Below are positions 1-10,853 of a stretch of DNA of 64,000 bases, piece by piece (the stretch's first letter is position 1; each line of letters starts with the position of its first letter). The notes under the pieces were generated by a model. That model saw only the letters and a program-made list of their open reading frames with translations, searched no databases and was not told the origin of the DNA. The DNA comes from a bacterium (GTDB taxonomy: Bacteria > Patescibacteriota > Patescibacteriia > JBAXGH01). Both the position numbers and the translations under genes were made by a program. The stretch is taken from contig JBAXGH010000002.1 of the NCBI GenBank assembly GCA_037139515.1, positions 17,727-81,726 of the forward strand, read 5' to 3'.

Positions 1-1197
1 TCCCCCGCCAATCATAAAGGCATAGCCAAACATGGCAAGGTTCGGCTTGCGGACCGACTGGCGGGCTTTGACTTTCTCGACGTTATAACACAAGTCAAAA
101 GCTTCCTTGCTATACGTAGGACGCCTCATCTTCCAATATTCACGAAGCATCTTATCTTGCCAGTCGAAGACTTCGGGTATAACCGAGTAAAGCTCAGCTA
201 CCGTCAGAGCAGCATATTCATGCTCTTTAAAATACAGATCAGTGGTCTGCAAACCTGTCGATGTGTTCTTGTCATGCTGGCGATAGAAATTGGTTGCCCG
301 CACAGAATACGCAATCGCCCCGCCCCTCATAATATTGAGATAAAAAACCAAGTCACCACAAAACCTTAGCGACAACCACTTCTCGTCGCTCAAAAGCTTC
401 ATCGACCCAGGATTTCTAAATATCACGCTGCTCACGTTTGGAATAATATTTCTTTTACTCATCGCCGAATTAACAATCTGATGAGCAGATTCAATGAAAT
501 CAGATTTCCATTTATCAGGATCAATGTCTCGTAAATATGTTTCAATATCCCAAAAAGGCTCGCCATTCTTCACAAAAACCGTGCGACAATATGCGAGCAT
601 AATCGCTTCATTTGCAAAAAAAGGTACGAGTGAAGAGATTAAATTGGACGAGCAATAATCATCACTCTCAGCAATCCAAATCAATTCCCCTTTTGCCTCC
701 TCAATTCCTCGCTTCCATTGTCTGAATACGGAACCAGAATTTACTTCGTTAAAAATGCATCTTGTCTTTTCTTTATATTTCTCCGCATATTCTGACAATA
801 TCTTTCTGCTACCATCAGATGAGCAGTCATCCATCAAGATTACTTCATAATTTTCATAATCTTGCGAATATATTGAGTCTAGTCTCTGTTCTAAATATTT
901 TTCATGATTGAAATTCGGAACGATTATTGTAATCTTTGGCCTAAAATCACTCGCTGATTCTGATGATCTAAAAAGATTCAGATTTTTGTTAGAAACATCG
1001 CCCGCGCCTGGTGTGATTTTCCTATACATCGCATCAATGCCAGCAACTAGAAACTTAAAGGTTTTATTTACTGCGACAAATAGACCGTCTTTATTTACAA
1101 CACGCAAGAAAGACTTAACTAGAAACACGCCCGAGTTAATCTTATAAAGAATCTTCTTCTCAAGTAACCTCAGCCGATTTACTATTGTTGATTTCAT
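1..1197 (-). CDS. Family 2 glycosyltransferase (start codon at 1197; C-terminus runs off the window start)
   Basis: The reverse-complement frame starting at ATG 1197 is open through position 1. Translation is MKSTIVNRLRLL...IIVPNFNHEKYLEQRLDSIYSQDYENYEVILMDDCSSDGS...WIAESDDY, carrying the GT2 DxD and ExD motifs. The ORF track lacks it because there is no stop codon in the window. Confidence 0.75.
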   Translation of the reverse strand, partial: MKSTIVNRLRLLEKKILYKINSGVFLVKSFLRVVNKDGLFVAVNKTFKFLVAGIDAMYRKITPGAGDVSNKNLNLFRSSESASDFRPKITIIVPNFNHEKYLEQRLDSIYSQDYENYEVILMDDCSSDGSRKILSEYAEKYKEKTRCIFNEVNSGSVFRQWKRGIEEAKGELIWIAESDDYCSSNLISSLVPFFANEAIMLAYCRTVFVKNGEPFWDIETYLRDIDPDKWKSDFIESAHQIVNSAMSKRNIIPNVSSVIFRNPGSMKLLSDEKWLSLRFCGDLVFYLNIMRGGAIAYSVRATNFYRQHDKNTSTGLQTTDLYFKEHEYAALTVAELYSVIPEVFDWQDKMLREYWKMRRPTYSKEAFDLCYNVEKVKARQSVRKPNLAMFGYAFMIGGG

Positions 1198-1253
1198 AAA
1201 GCAAAAACCACCCACGAATACTCAACGAGTATAGCTCATTACTAGGGAAACGA

Positions 1254-2681
1254 TTAGCGAATCATTCGGTAAAGACGCTTCGCGATGGACCTCCGAATAG
1301 TGCCCACCGGCATAATTACATCCGCAATTTTTCTTGCAAACAATCCCGTCAGAATCCTTCCAGAAGTTAATCGCCCTTTAAGCTCTCTCAATTCGCTCTC
1401 AATTCTGCGATTTTCGACTTCGAGAATAAAGGTCTCCCTCTCCCTCCTTTCTTTTTCTGAACGCACTTGGTTTTCGAGCTCACTTTTATCTGCCGTCAGA
1501 GTCACCACTTTAGCGCCTGAAAGACCAACGCAATCTAACAGCACCTTCTCATTAATATCTCGATGCTGAATAAACGCACGAAATACTTCGCGCTTCTCCT
1601 TCGGGACCATCTCAGAATACCTGCTCGCAAACTGGTGCGCATCCAAAGCTCGCTTAGTAGCATCCAAACATCCAAAGCCATGCTTTTTATCCGGCTCAAG
1701 ATATGTGCCCTCAGCCCACTCATTCCAAGCATTCACAAAAACCAGTTGCTTCTCATCGCTAAAATTCTGAGCGGTGTGCCAAACTGCATTTCCAAGCCAG
1801 CTTTCATAGAGGCCTAACGAGAAATCCGAAAAGATAGTTGCATTATTTCCTTTGCGCGCTGTATTGTCCCAATTCAACATAACCGTCTTATGGAGCGGAA
1901 AATCTAGCCTTTGAGATGATTTTTCGACCCTAGCAATATCCTGATAGCTACAAATGTTTCCGTTGAAATCATGGTTATGTTTCTTGGCCATGTTCGTATT
2001 TACCACATCCGCCGAAGTGCCAAACGGTGGAAATTCAACACATGCATCAAAGCCATGTGCATCAGGCGCAGAAGTATCGCCAAAAACCTGACACTTACAT
2101 AGATACAAATCCTCAAAACCCGCCTCTTGTGCGATTTTTCGCCAAAGTCTAGTTGTTTGTAGGATATCCGGAAAAAGCAATGCCCTATATATAATCAAGA
2201 CCGGCTTGTTACCAACCTTTATGTATCGCGGATCCTTGAAAATCGGCAGCAGATCTCGTATGAACTTTTCATCATTTTCTCTCGAATGTTTCTGTTCCAT
2301 CAATATTTCTTGCTCCTTACCATCCCAGCGCCGAGTCCAATTTTCATTCGCATAGCAAAGGCAGAAAGGCAAATCAACCTTTGGATTCTCCAACATCTGG
2401 GTGAGGGGCCGATCCAATAACTTTTTGCCGTCGAACCAATAATAGTAATAACAAAAACCATGAATGCCAAACTTTTTTGCCATTTCAGCCTGCTCGATCT
2501 GAACCTCCGGAACACGGAGATCGTAAAAACCAAGATCCGCTGGCAAACGCGGTTGATCATGACCTGGAAAAAGTGGTTTCGCTCGAGTCACGTTTCGCCA
2601 CTCAGTAAAACCCTTTCCCCACCACTCATCATTTTCCGGTATCGGGTGAAACTGAGGAAGATAAAAGGCGATAACTTTCAT
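1254..2681 (-). CDS. WbsX-like glycosyltransferase (Glyco_tran_WbsX / GH99-like) with a C-terminal coiled coil
   Basis: N-terminus MKVIAFYLPQFHPIPENDEWWGKGFTEWRNV is the WbsX family signature. The C-terminus is a charged heptad-like coil. Confidence 0.8.
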   Translation of the reverse strand: MKVIAFYLPQFHPIPENDEWWGKGFTEWRNVTRAKPLFPGHDQPRLPADLGFYDLRVPEVQIEQAEMAKKFGIHGFCYYYYWFDGKKLLDRPLTQMLENPKVDLPFCLCYANENWTRRWDGKEQEILMEQKHSRENDEKFIRDLLPIFKDPRYIKVGNKPVLIIYRALLFPDILQTTRLWRKIAQEAGFEDLYLCKCQVFGDTSAPDAHGFDACVEFPPFGTSADVVNTNMAKKHNHDFNGNICSYQDIARVEKSSQRLDFPLHKTVMLNWDNTARKGNNATIFSDFSLGLYESWLGNAVWHTAQNFSDEKQLVFVNAWNEWAEGTYLEPDKKHGFGCLDATKRALDAHQFASRYSEMVPKEKREVFRAFIQHRDINEKVLLDCVGLSGAKVVTLTADKSELENQVRSEKERRERETFILEVENRRIESELRELKGRLTSGRILTGLFARKIADVIMPVGTIRRSIAKRLYRMIR

Positions 2682-2706
2682 AAATCTGAAACTCTTTAGC
2701 TGAGTA

Positions 2707-3564
2707 TTACACCGGCTTCAATACAACGATAGTCTGAAAGATGTCACCCTCATCTAGATAAGATTCCACAACCCCCCACTCTACCCAGTTAAGTTTTATG
2801 AACTCTAGAGACATCGATGCATCCCCATACGGAACATCTCCGTCGATGTTTGGCCTATTGTGCGGCGCATAGGCAAAACCCAGACTCTCATGACTACTCT
2901 TCATGACTCCAACATCACATCTGTTGTTTGAAAATTCCAAATGTCTGTCCCAATACTCTTTCGGCCTGATAGTCACAAACAATAGGCCATCTTTAGAAAT
3001 ATTTTGTCGGAGGACTTTAAGTATGGACTGACCGCATTTCTGCGACAAGTGAGTAAATAAGGAAAAAGCATAAATCAAATCGAACTTTACCGAAAAAGGT
3101 AAACTCTTTGGATATTCATCAACAAGCGCTGTTTTTTCAAGTAGCTTGCATTCGTTACAGATATTTATGGATTCCTGCCAAGCATCAACTCCATATAAGT
3201 TTCCGACAGGAACAAATTTATACATTAAGCGGGAAATTCTCCCCCAGCCGATACCATAATCCAGAACCTTGGATTCAGCCAGAGCTCTGCGCGAGTGTTT
3301 CTGATACTTCTCAACCATTGACCGAACAAAGATACAGCTTTGGGCTAGTAGAATATTGCCAAAACTTCCGGTCCACTGCGTTTGAATTTCATTCGATGGC
3401 ATTGCAGGAAAAAACTGCTTCATCCTTGGGTATTGATCAGGAATCATCAAAAGCAACTCGCCAAAGTCAGCAATATCGATTTCGTTAAAAAGCTCCGGAA
3501 TATTATTTGATGCGGCCGGTAGAATAGAATCCTCGATACACTGCAGCGTGGTTGCTGAAATCAT
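2707..3564 (-). CDS. Class I SAM-dependent methyltransferase
   Basis: VLDYGIGWGRISRLM (motif I-like) and Methyltransf_11/23-like spacing. Confidence 0.6.
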   Translation of the reverse strand: MISATTLQCIEDSILPAASNNIPELFNEIDIADFGELLLMIPDQYPRMKQFFPAMPSNEIQTQWTGSFGNILLAQSCIFVRSMVEKYQKHSRRALAESKVLDYGIGWGRISRLMYKFVPVGNLYGVDAWQESINICNECKLLEKTALVDEYPKSLPFSVKFDLIYAFSLFTHLSQKCGQSILKVLRQNISKDGLLFVTIRPKEYWDRHLEFSNNRCDVGVMKSSHESLGFAYAPHNRPNIDGDVPYGDASMSLEFIKLNWVEWGVVESYLDEGDIFQTIVVLKPV

Positions 3565-3565
3565 A

Positions 3566-5548
3566 TTAATCTTTATGAACAGATTCGATTATTGACTTTG
3601 TCTCTTCTAATACTGAGCATCGTAATAGCATCTCTTTAAGAGATTCTCTGTATGCATTCGTTAGTACATTCAAATCAGCTCCATTCGTAAAACGTTGGTT
3701 ATAGCTATTCTTGTGAATGCGCCAATGCGTCATTTTCTTATCCGCCAGACAGAATTCACCGCGTCGTGCAACTTGCGACCAAATCCACCAGTCAGTCCAT
3801 GCATCAAAGTCTCTGGGACAGAACTCGACCCCACTTAGCGCGCCCGTTCTAACCATGACACTCGAAAATGTTGGAATTGCATTTTCTTTAACAAACAACT
3901 CAATGGCATTGAAGGGCTGTGGATAATTACGAAACTTACGTACACAATTTTCCACATAACCTTGTTTATCAGGAACGTTTTCAGAGTCACCGAATGCCTC
4001 AATATCATTGAATACCAGAACAGCCTCTGGGAATTTCTTAAAAGCCGAGATTTTTTCTGAAAGCATCGAATAGCTCCACTTGTCATCATATTCCAAAAAA
4101 GCTACATATTCACCTTTTACTTCATTTATGGCGCTGGCCAGCGTAGCTGATAGGCCTCTATTAACGTGACCTGGATGGGTACGCAGTTTCACCCTTTCAT
4201 CGTTCAGATACCCAGAAATGACCTTTTCAGAGTTGTCGATCGACCCATCATCAAAGACAATCAATTCCCAATTCGTGTAATTTTGTGCCTTTACTGAGTC
4301 AATCGCTTCTTGTAAATACTTTTCACCATTGTAGTTAGCCATGATTATAGAAACTAATGGTGGTATTGGTGCGCATTGTGCTTGGGATGCTTTCTTCTCA
4401 ACGACAGACCGAATCAGCTTTATTATTTGCGGACAAACTACATTAGGAGCGTAGTGCCTTTCAACTTTTTCGCGACCGGCCAGACCCATGGCACGGGCCC
4501 TACCCTTGTGCTGCATCAAGAACAGAGCCTTACTTGCCATACTAGCTGCATCGCCATACGGCACCACAAAACCGACATCATCCGTCACAAACTCAGGCAT
4601 GCCACCCGCACCCTCAAAACAAATAATAGGCAAACCGCATCGAGCAGCTTCTAAACAGACCAGTGGAAATGGGTCCTCTCTGGACGGCAGCAAGAACAAA
4701 TCACCAGCAGCAAAGTACTCGCTCGGATTCTGCTTTTCTCCTAAAAACGTTACGCGATATTCTAGCTCTTTCTCTCTAGCCACCGATTCGATGTCCGCAT
4801 ATTCATTCTTTAAAATAGATCCAAGCCAGAAGAAATGAAAGTTTTTTACATGCATTTTACTCAATAGTTCTGCCGTCTCCACGAATATATCAGGACCCTT
4901 CCGCCAATCAACGGTTCCGCATCCAAAAACTAGAAAGTCATCCTCCGGCAGGCACAGCTTCTTCCTTAGTTCCGATGAAGGATCGCTATTTCTGACTTTT
5001 CTCTCACCAATAAACTCAGGAATCACAGCAATATTCTCTTCCTTTATTCCATGATTCTTCATCAGGTTTTGCTTTACTGGTCCTGAAACTACAATGTAGC
5101 AATCCATATTCAGCACTAACTCCCTCATCGCTTCTTTGCCGGCGAATTTTATGATGCTCTGTTCTAATTCATGAACACAACAAATCTTTGGCACATTTAA
5201 ATACTTGAAATACTCCAAATATTTACCGGCGACAACGGTATTAAAATACACCACGCCGACATTATCTCCACAGAACTCTTTTATCCCATTACGAGCATCG
5301 TGACTACTCTCAATAACATATACATCTGAAACCTCTTTGTATTCCCCAAGTAACACCCCACCATGACCAAGAACAACTTTGAAACGTATCGCGGTATTTA
5401 TCTTTATCCATTTTAATAAATCCAATAACACAATTTGCGCGCCAGCCCTGGCTGCGTCATGACCGAAAAAAATTATCGTAGAAGCTATTTTGCATCCGTC
5501 ATTTCCCCTTGCTATTGATGCTAATATTCTTTGAATAAATTGCATCAT
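3566..5548 (-). CDS. Bifunctional glycosyltransferase, GT4 (N-terminal) fused to GT2 (C-terminal)
   Basis: N-terminal half ends with the GT4 C-terminal motif GDLFLLPSREDPFPLVCLEAARCGLPIIC. C-terminal half begins with the GT2 N-terminal motif VSIIMANYNGEKYLQEAIDSVKAQNY..LIVFDDGSIDNS. Confidence 0.8.
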   Translation of the reverse strand: MMQFIQRILASIARGNDGCKIASTIIFFGHDAARAGAQIVLLDLLKWIKINTAIRFKVVLGHGGVLLGEYKEVSDVYVIESSHDARNGIKEFCGDNVGVVYFNTVVAGKYLEYFKYLNVPKICCVHELEQSIIKFAGKEAMRELVLNMDCYIVVSGPVKQNLMKNHGIKEENIAVIPEFIGERKVRNSDPSSELRKKLCLPEDDFLVFGCGTVDWRKGPDIFVETAELLSKMHVKNFHFFWLGSILKNEYADIESVAREKELEYRVTFLGEKQNPSEYFAAGDLFLLPSREDPFPLVCLEAARCGLPIICFEGAGGMPEFVTDDVGFVVPYGDAASMASKALFLMQHKGRARAMGLAGREKVERHYAPNVVCPQIIKLIRSVVEKKASQAQCAPIPPLVSIIMANYNGEKYLQEAIDSVKAQNYTNWELIVFDDGSIDNSEKVISGYLNDERVKLRTHPGHVNRGLSATLASAINEVKGEYVAFLEYDDKWSYSMLSEKISAFKKFPEAVLVFNDIEAFGDSENVPDKQGYVENCVRKFRNYPQPFNAIELFVKENAIPTFSSVMVRTGALSGVEFCPRDFDAWTDWWIWSQVARRGEFCLADKKMTHWRIHKNSYNQRFTNGADLNVLTNAYRESLKEMLLRCSVLEETKSIIESVHKD

Positions 5549-6447
5549 AAACCAATTAGCTTCTTAATTTTCACAACGATCTTGCGTCGTTTTGAATCCA
5601 CAGGAAACATGCGGTCAGCAAGCGTCAATAGGCTCTCCTCGAACTTATTTCGTAATGAAATAGGTTTCCCCGTCGTGTTTTTTGTGTTCGCCGAGTTTAT
5701 GCGCTCGGCACCTTTCTTAATAACATATAAATCCTGATGTTCCCACCACTCAGCCTCTTTAAAAAGAATTATTTCCGCACCAAGTTTATAACATTCGTTA
5801 AATACAAATTTCGGTAAAGTTATCGTGAGTCCATAGTCGTTCACATCGAGGTCATTCTGTTCACTACTTGGCTTAAACCAATAACCATCTCCATCTAAAA
5901 CCGATTCAGGAAAATGCTTTTTCAAACTCTGATTTCCATGCGCGGTAAATATAAGATATCCATCTTTTTTTAACCCACCCAATAAGGCGACAAGCCATCT
6001 CGACCATGTTTCTTTTGGCATATGGGAAAAGAACGAAAGCGTAAATATTACATCAAATGGTTTATTTACGCGAAAATCCTCAGGGCGTGTTTCAGAAAGA
6101 ATTACCGGCAACTTCATCGTGCTATTTATAAAATCGATAGTCCCCTTATGTATATCGCACGATGTCACGGAAATTTCAGGAATAGCATTCTTTAAATGCC
6201 TTGTCACGCATCCATACCCAGAAGCGAACTCCAACAGCTCTGTTGTCGGTTTCAACATTCCATAGTCCTGAAGGATACTCCGCAATTTTTCAGCTGACTT
6301 CTTTCCATCTTCGAAGTAATAACGCACCGCATGTTCATAATTAGCTATTGCGCCAATCACGAATTTAAATATCAAATCTTCCGGATGAATTTGCGGAACT
6401 ACGCCAACCCGCTTCGCTGCTTCGATAATAATCTGATTCGTGTTCAT
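5545..6447 (-). CDS. Class I SAM-dependent methyltransferase
   Basis: LEFASGYGCVTRHL (Gly-rich motif I), DVIFTLSFFSHM and IFTAHG motifs. ATGA overlap with the upstream gene. Confidence 0.65.
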   Translation of the reverse strand: MNTNQIIIEAAKRVGVVPQIHPEDLIFKFVIGAIANYEHAVRYYFEDGKKSAEKLRSILQDYGMLKPTTELLEFASGYGCVTRHLKNAIPEISVTSCDIHKGTIDFINSTMKLPVILSETRPEDFRVNKPFDVIFTLSFFSHMPKETWSRWLVALLGGLKKDGYLIFTAHGNQSLKKHFPESVLDGDGYWFKPSSEQNDLDVNDYGLTITLPKFVFNECYKLGAEIILFKEAEWWEHQDLYVIKKGAERINSANTKNTTGKPISLRNKFEESLLTLADRMFPVDSKRRKIVVKIKKLIGL

Positions 6448-6467
6448 ATTAGAATGCGCTCGGCTTA

Positions 6468-9284
6468 TTAATAGCTAATCATAAAAGTCTTTTTTCCAAT
6501 TCTACCGATTATCTTGATGTCCTTAATATCTATTTCTTTTTTTAAAGACAACACAAAATCAAAGCCGTTATTTTCTACGTTGTTTACTGAGAAATGCCTC
6601 GAAACATCGTCCCTGCTGACATTAGGCACATGCGAGTAAATCACATCATCGTTCAACAAAATATAAATATTATCAATAGCCCTACTATGTTCGAGGTTCG
6701 TCGCCCAACCAGATATCTTCAAACATCCTCCATCGATACTCACGCGCTCAACATTATAACTCGCCTCATCAACAACAAACACTCCCTTCAACGAAGAGCT
6801 GCCGCCTCCGCCATTTGATAACTCAATGAGATTATCCTCGCTGCGCACGCTGGATGTTCGATCAACTGCTCCAATCGAGGCAAGCAAACACCGTTTGTTT
6901 TCCGGAATAGCCATGCGCGACTTCCTAATGCGTTCGCGACTGAAAGACAGCTGACAGTCATTCATATCGACTTGCTTCATCCTATCATCCAACAGCACTA
7001 GATTAAAGCCGACCGCATCGCGCGTACCTTTAAAGTAATTATCGACATCGATGCGAGGAAGCAGCGTAGCAGAAACATCTCCAAAATTACCGCAACTAAA
7101 AATGACTCGATTGACTTTTGTGGACCCCTTGGGGACCGCTATCCATCCATTAATACTAACAAATACACCTAATTTTTCGCGCACACTCTCAATATTATAT
7201 AAGGCATCAGAAGCCGGAGTCTTCACCGAAGTAGATTCTCGGAAAAGAACCGTACCGCCGACACCAGATAAAGGACTTCCAATAACCGTCTTCAATTCAC
7301 ACATTGGTTTACCTTTACTATCCAGCTCATATGCCGAGACTATGTTTTTGCCATTCTGAAAAAATCTCTCGGGACTCATCGCTTGTAAATTCTGAGTTCT
7401 ATCTTTTTCAAATACTGCAGCAGATGAAGTAATAACTCCGTTCAGGCTAATCACAAGATTACTATTTGTTCTAGCAGTTAATGAACCAGTGACTAGAACC
7501 GGCAGAAACTGCGACAAAGTATTTACATTCTCAAAAAGAGAGCTATTTCCGAGCAAAAAGCTGCCTCCACACATCGGTAGGTCGTAATCAACCCTTTGTC
7601 CGACTAATTCATGCTGTTTTCTGAGCTCCGGAAAAGCGTCTTCGCCATATGTAAACAGCTCTAATTTCTTATCTAGAGCAGCAAAATTCATGGCTTCTTT
7701 CTGAAGTTTCTCATCGGCCGGAAAAGCATGGAGACGCTCGCATGACTCAAACAGCGAGCAGCTACTCATGTCATACGGCTTCTGTGCAGATAACAATTCT
7801 ACTATTGTCGGCACGATATCGAGGCTGGAAACAAACCGGTCATCTATATTTCCTTCTGCTTGATTTGGCTCTTTAACAAGTAAGGGAATCGGTAAAATCT
7901 CTGGAGCAGTCATGCTAGTTATGTTGCGTCGCGGTTCACCAGCCAAAAAAGAAACGCCGTGATCGGCTGTGATGATTATTAAGGATTTTTCATAAATCTT
8001 CTCATACTTGAGCTTTTGGATAAACTCGCCTAAGAGCTTGTCCGCAAACTGCGCCTGAAGAAGATACCGCTGATATCCCTGACTGACCAATTTCTCATTA
8101 TTTGCCCACCTGCCACTACTCATGTCAACGCCGTCAGGCAACAAAGTGTCAAAATTATAAATCTCACCGTTGGGAAGAAACCTATACGGCACGTGAGGCA
8201 GGAAGAAATGACCGAAATAAAAAGTATCTTTCCTACCATCGATTGAAGCTACGAAATTGCGAAAACGCACATCTTCACCATCACCATAATTTCTTGTATC
8301 AATAGCGCTCCGACGAAATTCTCCAAAACCACTCCAGCCACCATCAATATTAATCGCTCTATCTGCAAACAAGCCCGGAAGAACGGTGTTGAAATAGATT
8401 ACACCTGTATCGATCAGCTTCTCGCGCTTACTTAATCCGGCTGTCAGCGTACTGCTGCACTGATCCTGAGGACAGAGCGACGTGGCCCTTTCAAACCCCT
8501 TAACCTCATATTGACCCTTGAAAAATGTAAACAGATTATCAGGATAATTTTCGAGCACTGGAAGCTCAAATGGCGGAACTAACGACTTAGGCCTTATTCC
8601 AGTCAATATCGCCGGCACCGCAACTTCCGTGGTGCTGGCAATCGAAGTCGCCTTTCGAAACCAAATCGAATCATCCGCGAGCTTCGCAAAATTCGGATAT
8701 ATTTTTCTGTCGATATTTTTATCCTTATCAAGCAATGCAATCGTATTCATCTCATCAAAAACAATCAAAAACACCGGAAAGTCCTTGTCGATTTTAGCAC
8801 CGCTACTGCCAATCTCCACATGAGTAAGCAACATTTTAACCGGACTAAAGAACAAAAAGATAATCGGAAAAACCAAAATCGCGATCGATGAAATGGCGAC
8901 AATTCTTGAAATCGCATTTTTGCGCGTCAAATATCCAGCTACAAGACCGGCTAAAATTATCACCGCAAGTTCAGTCCGCGGAACCATCGCGAATCTCTTC
9001 AGCATCGGCGAAAATATCACCGAAAAAAGCGCCGCGGAAAACAAATAATGTGCGTATTTCCCAACCCAACCAAATAAAGCAAAAAACAATTCGATGATAA
9101 CCGCGACGAGCGCCGGCACAAAACCGATAATCAAAGCAAACCAAACAATACTCCAATCGCGCATTCCATGAGCCACGAAAAACGTACCGTTCTGCCCAAG
9201 AAGATTCAGAAGCGGCCCCGAGACGGCAAAACTCGCGAGCGCCGCCGATTGAAGTAAATATCGCTTATTCGGCTGAAACCTCAT
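6468..9284 (-). CDS. LtaS/MdoB-like membrane protein: N-terminal multi-TM domain, sulfatase (alkaline-phosphatase superfamily) domain, ~330 aa C-terminal extension
   Basis: N-terminus contains about 5 hydrophobic helices. The LIIITADHGVSF motif is typical of the sulfatase/LtaS/phosphoglycerol-transferase family. The long C-terminal Ser/Gly/Asn-rich region (GGGGSSSLKG...) is not explained. Confidence 0.65.
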   Translation of the reverse strand: MRFQPNKRYLLQSAALASFAVSGPLLNLLGQNGTFFVAHGMRDWSIVWFALIIGFVPALVAVIIELFFALFGWVGKYAHYLFSAALFSVIFSPMLKRFAMVPRTELAVIILAGLVAGYLTRKNAISRIVAISSIAILVFPIIFLFFSPVKMLLTHVEIGSSGAKIDKDFPVFLIVFDEMNTIALLDKDKNIDRKIYPNFAKLADDSIWFRKATSIASTTEVAVPAILTGIRPKSLVPPFELPVLENYPDNLFTFFKGQYEVKGFERATSLCPQDQCSSTLTAGLSKREKLIDTGVIYFNTVLPGLFADRAINIDGGWSGFGEFRRSAIDTRNYGDGEDVRFRNFVASIDGRKDTFYFGHFFLPHVPYRFLPNGEIYNFDTLLPDGVDMSSGRWANNEKLVSQGYQRYLLQAQFADKLLGEFIQKLKYEKIYEKSLIIITADHGVSFLAGEPRRNITSMTAPEILPIPLLVKEPNQAEGNIDDRFVSSLDIVPTIVELLSAQKPYDMSSCSLFESCERLHAFPADEKLQKEAMNFAALDKKLELFTYGEDAFPELRKQHELVGQRVDYDLPMCGGSFLLGNSSLFENVNTLSQFLPVLVTGSLTARTNSNLVISLNGVITSSAAVFEKDRTQNLQAMSPERFFQNGKNIVSAYELDSKGKPMCELKTVIGSPLSGVGGTVLFRESTSVKTPASDALYNIESVREKLGVFVSINGWIAVPKGSTKVNRVIFSCGNFGDVSATLLPRIDVDNYFKGTRDAVGFNLVLLDDRMKQVDMNDCQLSFSRERIRKSRMAIPENKRCLLASIGAVDRTSSVRSEDNLIELSNGGGGSSSLKGVFVVDEASYNVERVSIDGGCLKISGWATNLEHSRAIDNIYILLNDDVIYSHVPNVSRDDVSRHFSVNNVENNGFDFVLSLKKEIDIKDIKIIGRIGKKTFMISY

Positions 9285-10641
9285 ATTTCTTTCGCATCAA
9301 GTATATCCAGCGCAGAGAATTCTTCACCGCGACACGTTTTTCGATCGTAAAATACTCGCAAAACTCAGCTTCGAAAGCATTTTGATTATAATCCGTCGGA
9401 ATAATTCTAGTCCGCCCTAAAATCTGCACTTTCGAATCCTCGGCCGGAATAAACTCTATCACCAAGTTCGAAGTGAGACGACTAAAGTATTCCGCCATCA
9501 TGCGAAACGGAATATTATTTGAAATTCGCAAGTGATGAACGAGCGCCAAGGCCAGTACCAAATCCACCGGGCCGCGTTCGAAAAGCGACATTCGCTCTTC
9601 ATTCGCCCAGCCAATCGAAGGCGATGGATTGGTTAAATCCAAAACCAGCGGCAGCAACGATTTCTCTCCCAAAGCCCTTGCTTTCAAATAAGCTTTTTCA
9701 ATCGCAGCGCTATCGATATCAAAAGCCACAGTATCAATTCCCTTTCGCGATGCCAGCTCACTGAACTCCCCGGTATTCGCACCCAAATCCCAAACTGAAT
9801 GCGGCTTTAACTCGCTAATCATCAGCTCAACGGCCTCAAGTTTAGAATTCATCGCCACGGAATCATAATTCGTGTCAGAGTAATATTCCCCCCATTCTGT
9901 CCCCTTCGGCGCCCAGGTGAGCCCCTGAATGCCCATTTTCAGGCTTTCAACCACGGACAGAATCCGATCCTTACTCATACGAATATCATCATGTTTTGGC
10001 GCGCTGCTAGAATGTTTATTCTGAAACCAAGCGTGCAGATGGATATTCGCAAGCAGAGAGAGATTAAAATACGAGCTAAACGGCAATATGCGACTCGTAA
10101 GCGGCAAGGGCACGCCGTCCAAGAATACTTTCAGCAATTGATTGAGACGCGCGTCGGTTTTGCTCATCAAAGCAAGTGGCGCCAAAAAATGCTCACAAAA
10201 CTGGCGATAAGCGATCCACGGCTTGCCTTCTTCGTATATTTCAAATGATAAAGTATCAATCAAAATCGGTTTGCCGTTTTGAAATTGGATATTATATGCG
10301 CTGGCATCTTTAAGCGTCATGCCACAATTCAAGGCGAACTTCTGAATTTCGAGCGTCAAAAGCGCAGCATCTTTTAGCTGGCTAAAGCACCATTCGTACG
10401 GATACGAGATAAAATCAATCTTTTTTGGCTTGATGAGTTTATAAACATTCGCAGGAGCCACCTCTTCTTCATGAGAAATCAAAAAGCCGTTATCGGTAAG
10501 TTTTTTCAGCAAACCGGATGAAACCAATTTCTCGTAATGAAGTTTGTATGTAAACGAAATTTGGCGCCTCAAAACACCATCTTCGGTGAAAACGAAACCC
10601 GCCGGATCGCGAAACGAAGCTTTATTTAATTTCGGGTCCAT
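9265..10641 (-). CDS. Two-domain protein with a C-terminal class I SAM methyltransferase domain
   Basis: SVWDLGANTGEFSELASRKGIDTVAFDIDSAAIEKA (motif I) and LVLALALVHHL motifs. The N-terminal ~200 aa match nothing I recognise. Confidence 0.55.
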   Translation of the reverse strand: MDPKLNKASFRDPAGFVFTEDGVLRRQISFTYKLHYEKLVSSGLLKKLTDNGFLISHEEEVAPANVYKLIKPKKIDFISYPYEWCFSQLKDAALLTLEIQKFALNCGMTLKDASAYNIQFQNGKPILIDTLSFEIYEEGKPWIAYRQFCEHFLAPLALMSKTDARLNQLLKVFLDGVPLPLTSRILPFSSYFNLSLLANIHLHAWFQNKHSSSAPKHDDIRMSKDRILSVVESLKMGIQGLTWAPKGTEWGEYYSDTNYDSVAMNSKLEAVELMISELKPHSVWDLGANTGEFSELASRKGIDTVAFDIDSAAIEKAYLKARALGEKSLLPLVLDLTNPSPSIGWANEERMSLFERGPVDLVLALALVHHLRISNNIPFRMMAEYFSRLTSNLVIEFIPAEDSKVQILGRTRIIPTDYNQNAFEAEFCEYFTIEKRVAVKNSLRWIYLMRKKYEVSAE

Positions 10642-10846
10642 TCGAATCTTTTTTATCCTTTCTAAACTTCTTCACGATTCCGATAACACCATTTTTAATC
10701 TGACCGAAAAACCCGAGAGCAATCGCAAGCGACGCGACAACCGCCTGAATCACAAAACTTCCGGAGCCTGGGTCGATATAGGCCTGCGCCATGTTTGGAC
10801 GCACCAGAACCACTAACACAATTGCCAAAAATATCCTTAACTTCAT
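10622..10846 (-). CDS. Small secreted/membrane protein (74 aa)
   Basis: MKLRIFLAIVLVVLVRPNMAQA is signal-peptide-like. A second hydrophobic segment follows. It overlaps both neighbouring genes by 20 nt. Confidence 0.35.
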   Translation of the reverse strand: MKLRIFLAIVLVVLVRPNMAQAYIDPGSGSFVIQAVVASLAIALGFFGQIKNGVIGIVKKFRKDKKDSNGPEIK

Positions 10847-10853
10847 AAAGTGT

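Noticed and set aside
157-1147. Plus-strand ORFs 157-369 and 908-1147
   Set aside because: They lie inside the unbroken minus-strand GT2 frame (1-1197), which has clear glycosyltransferase motifs.
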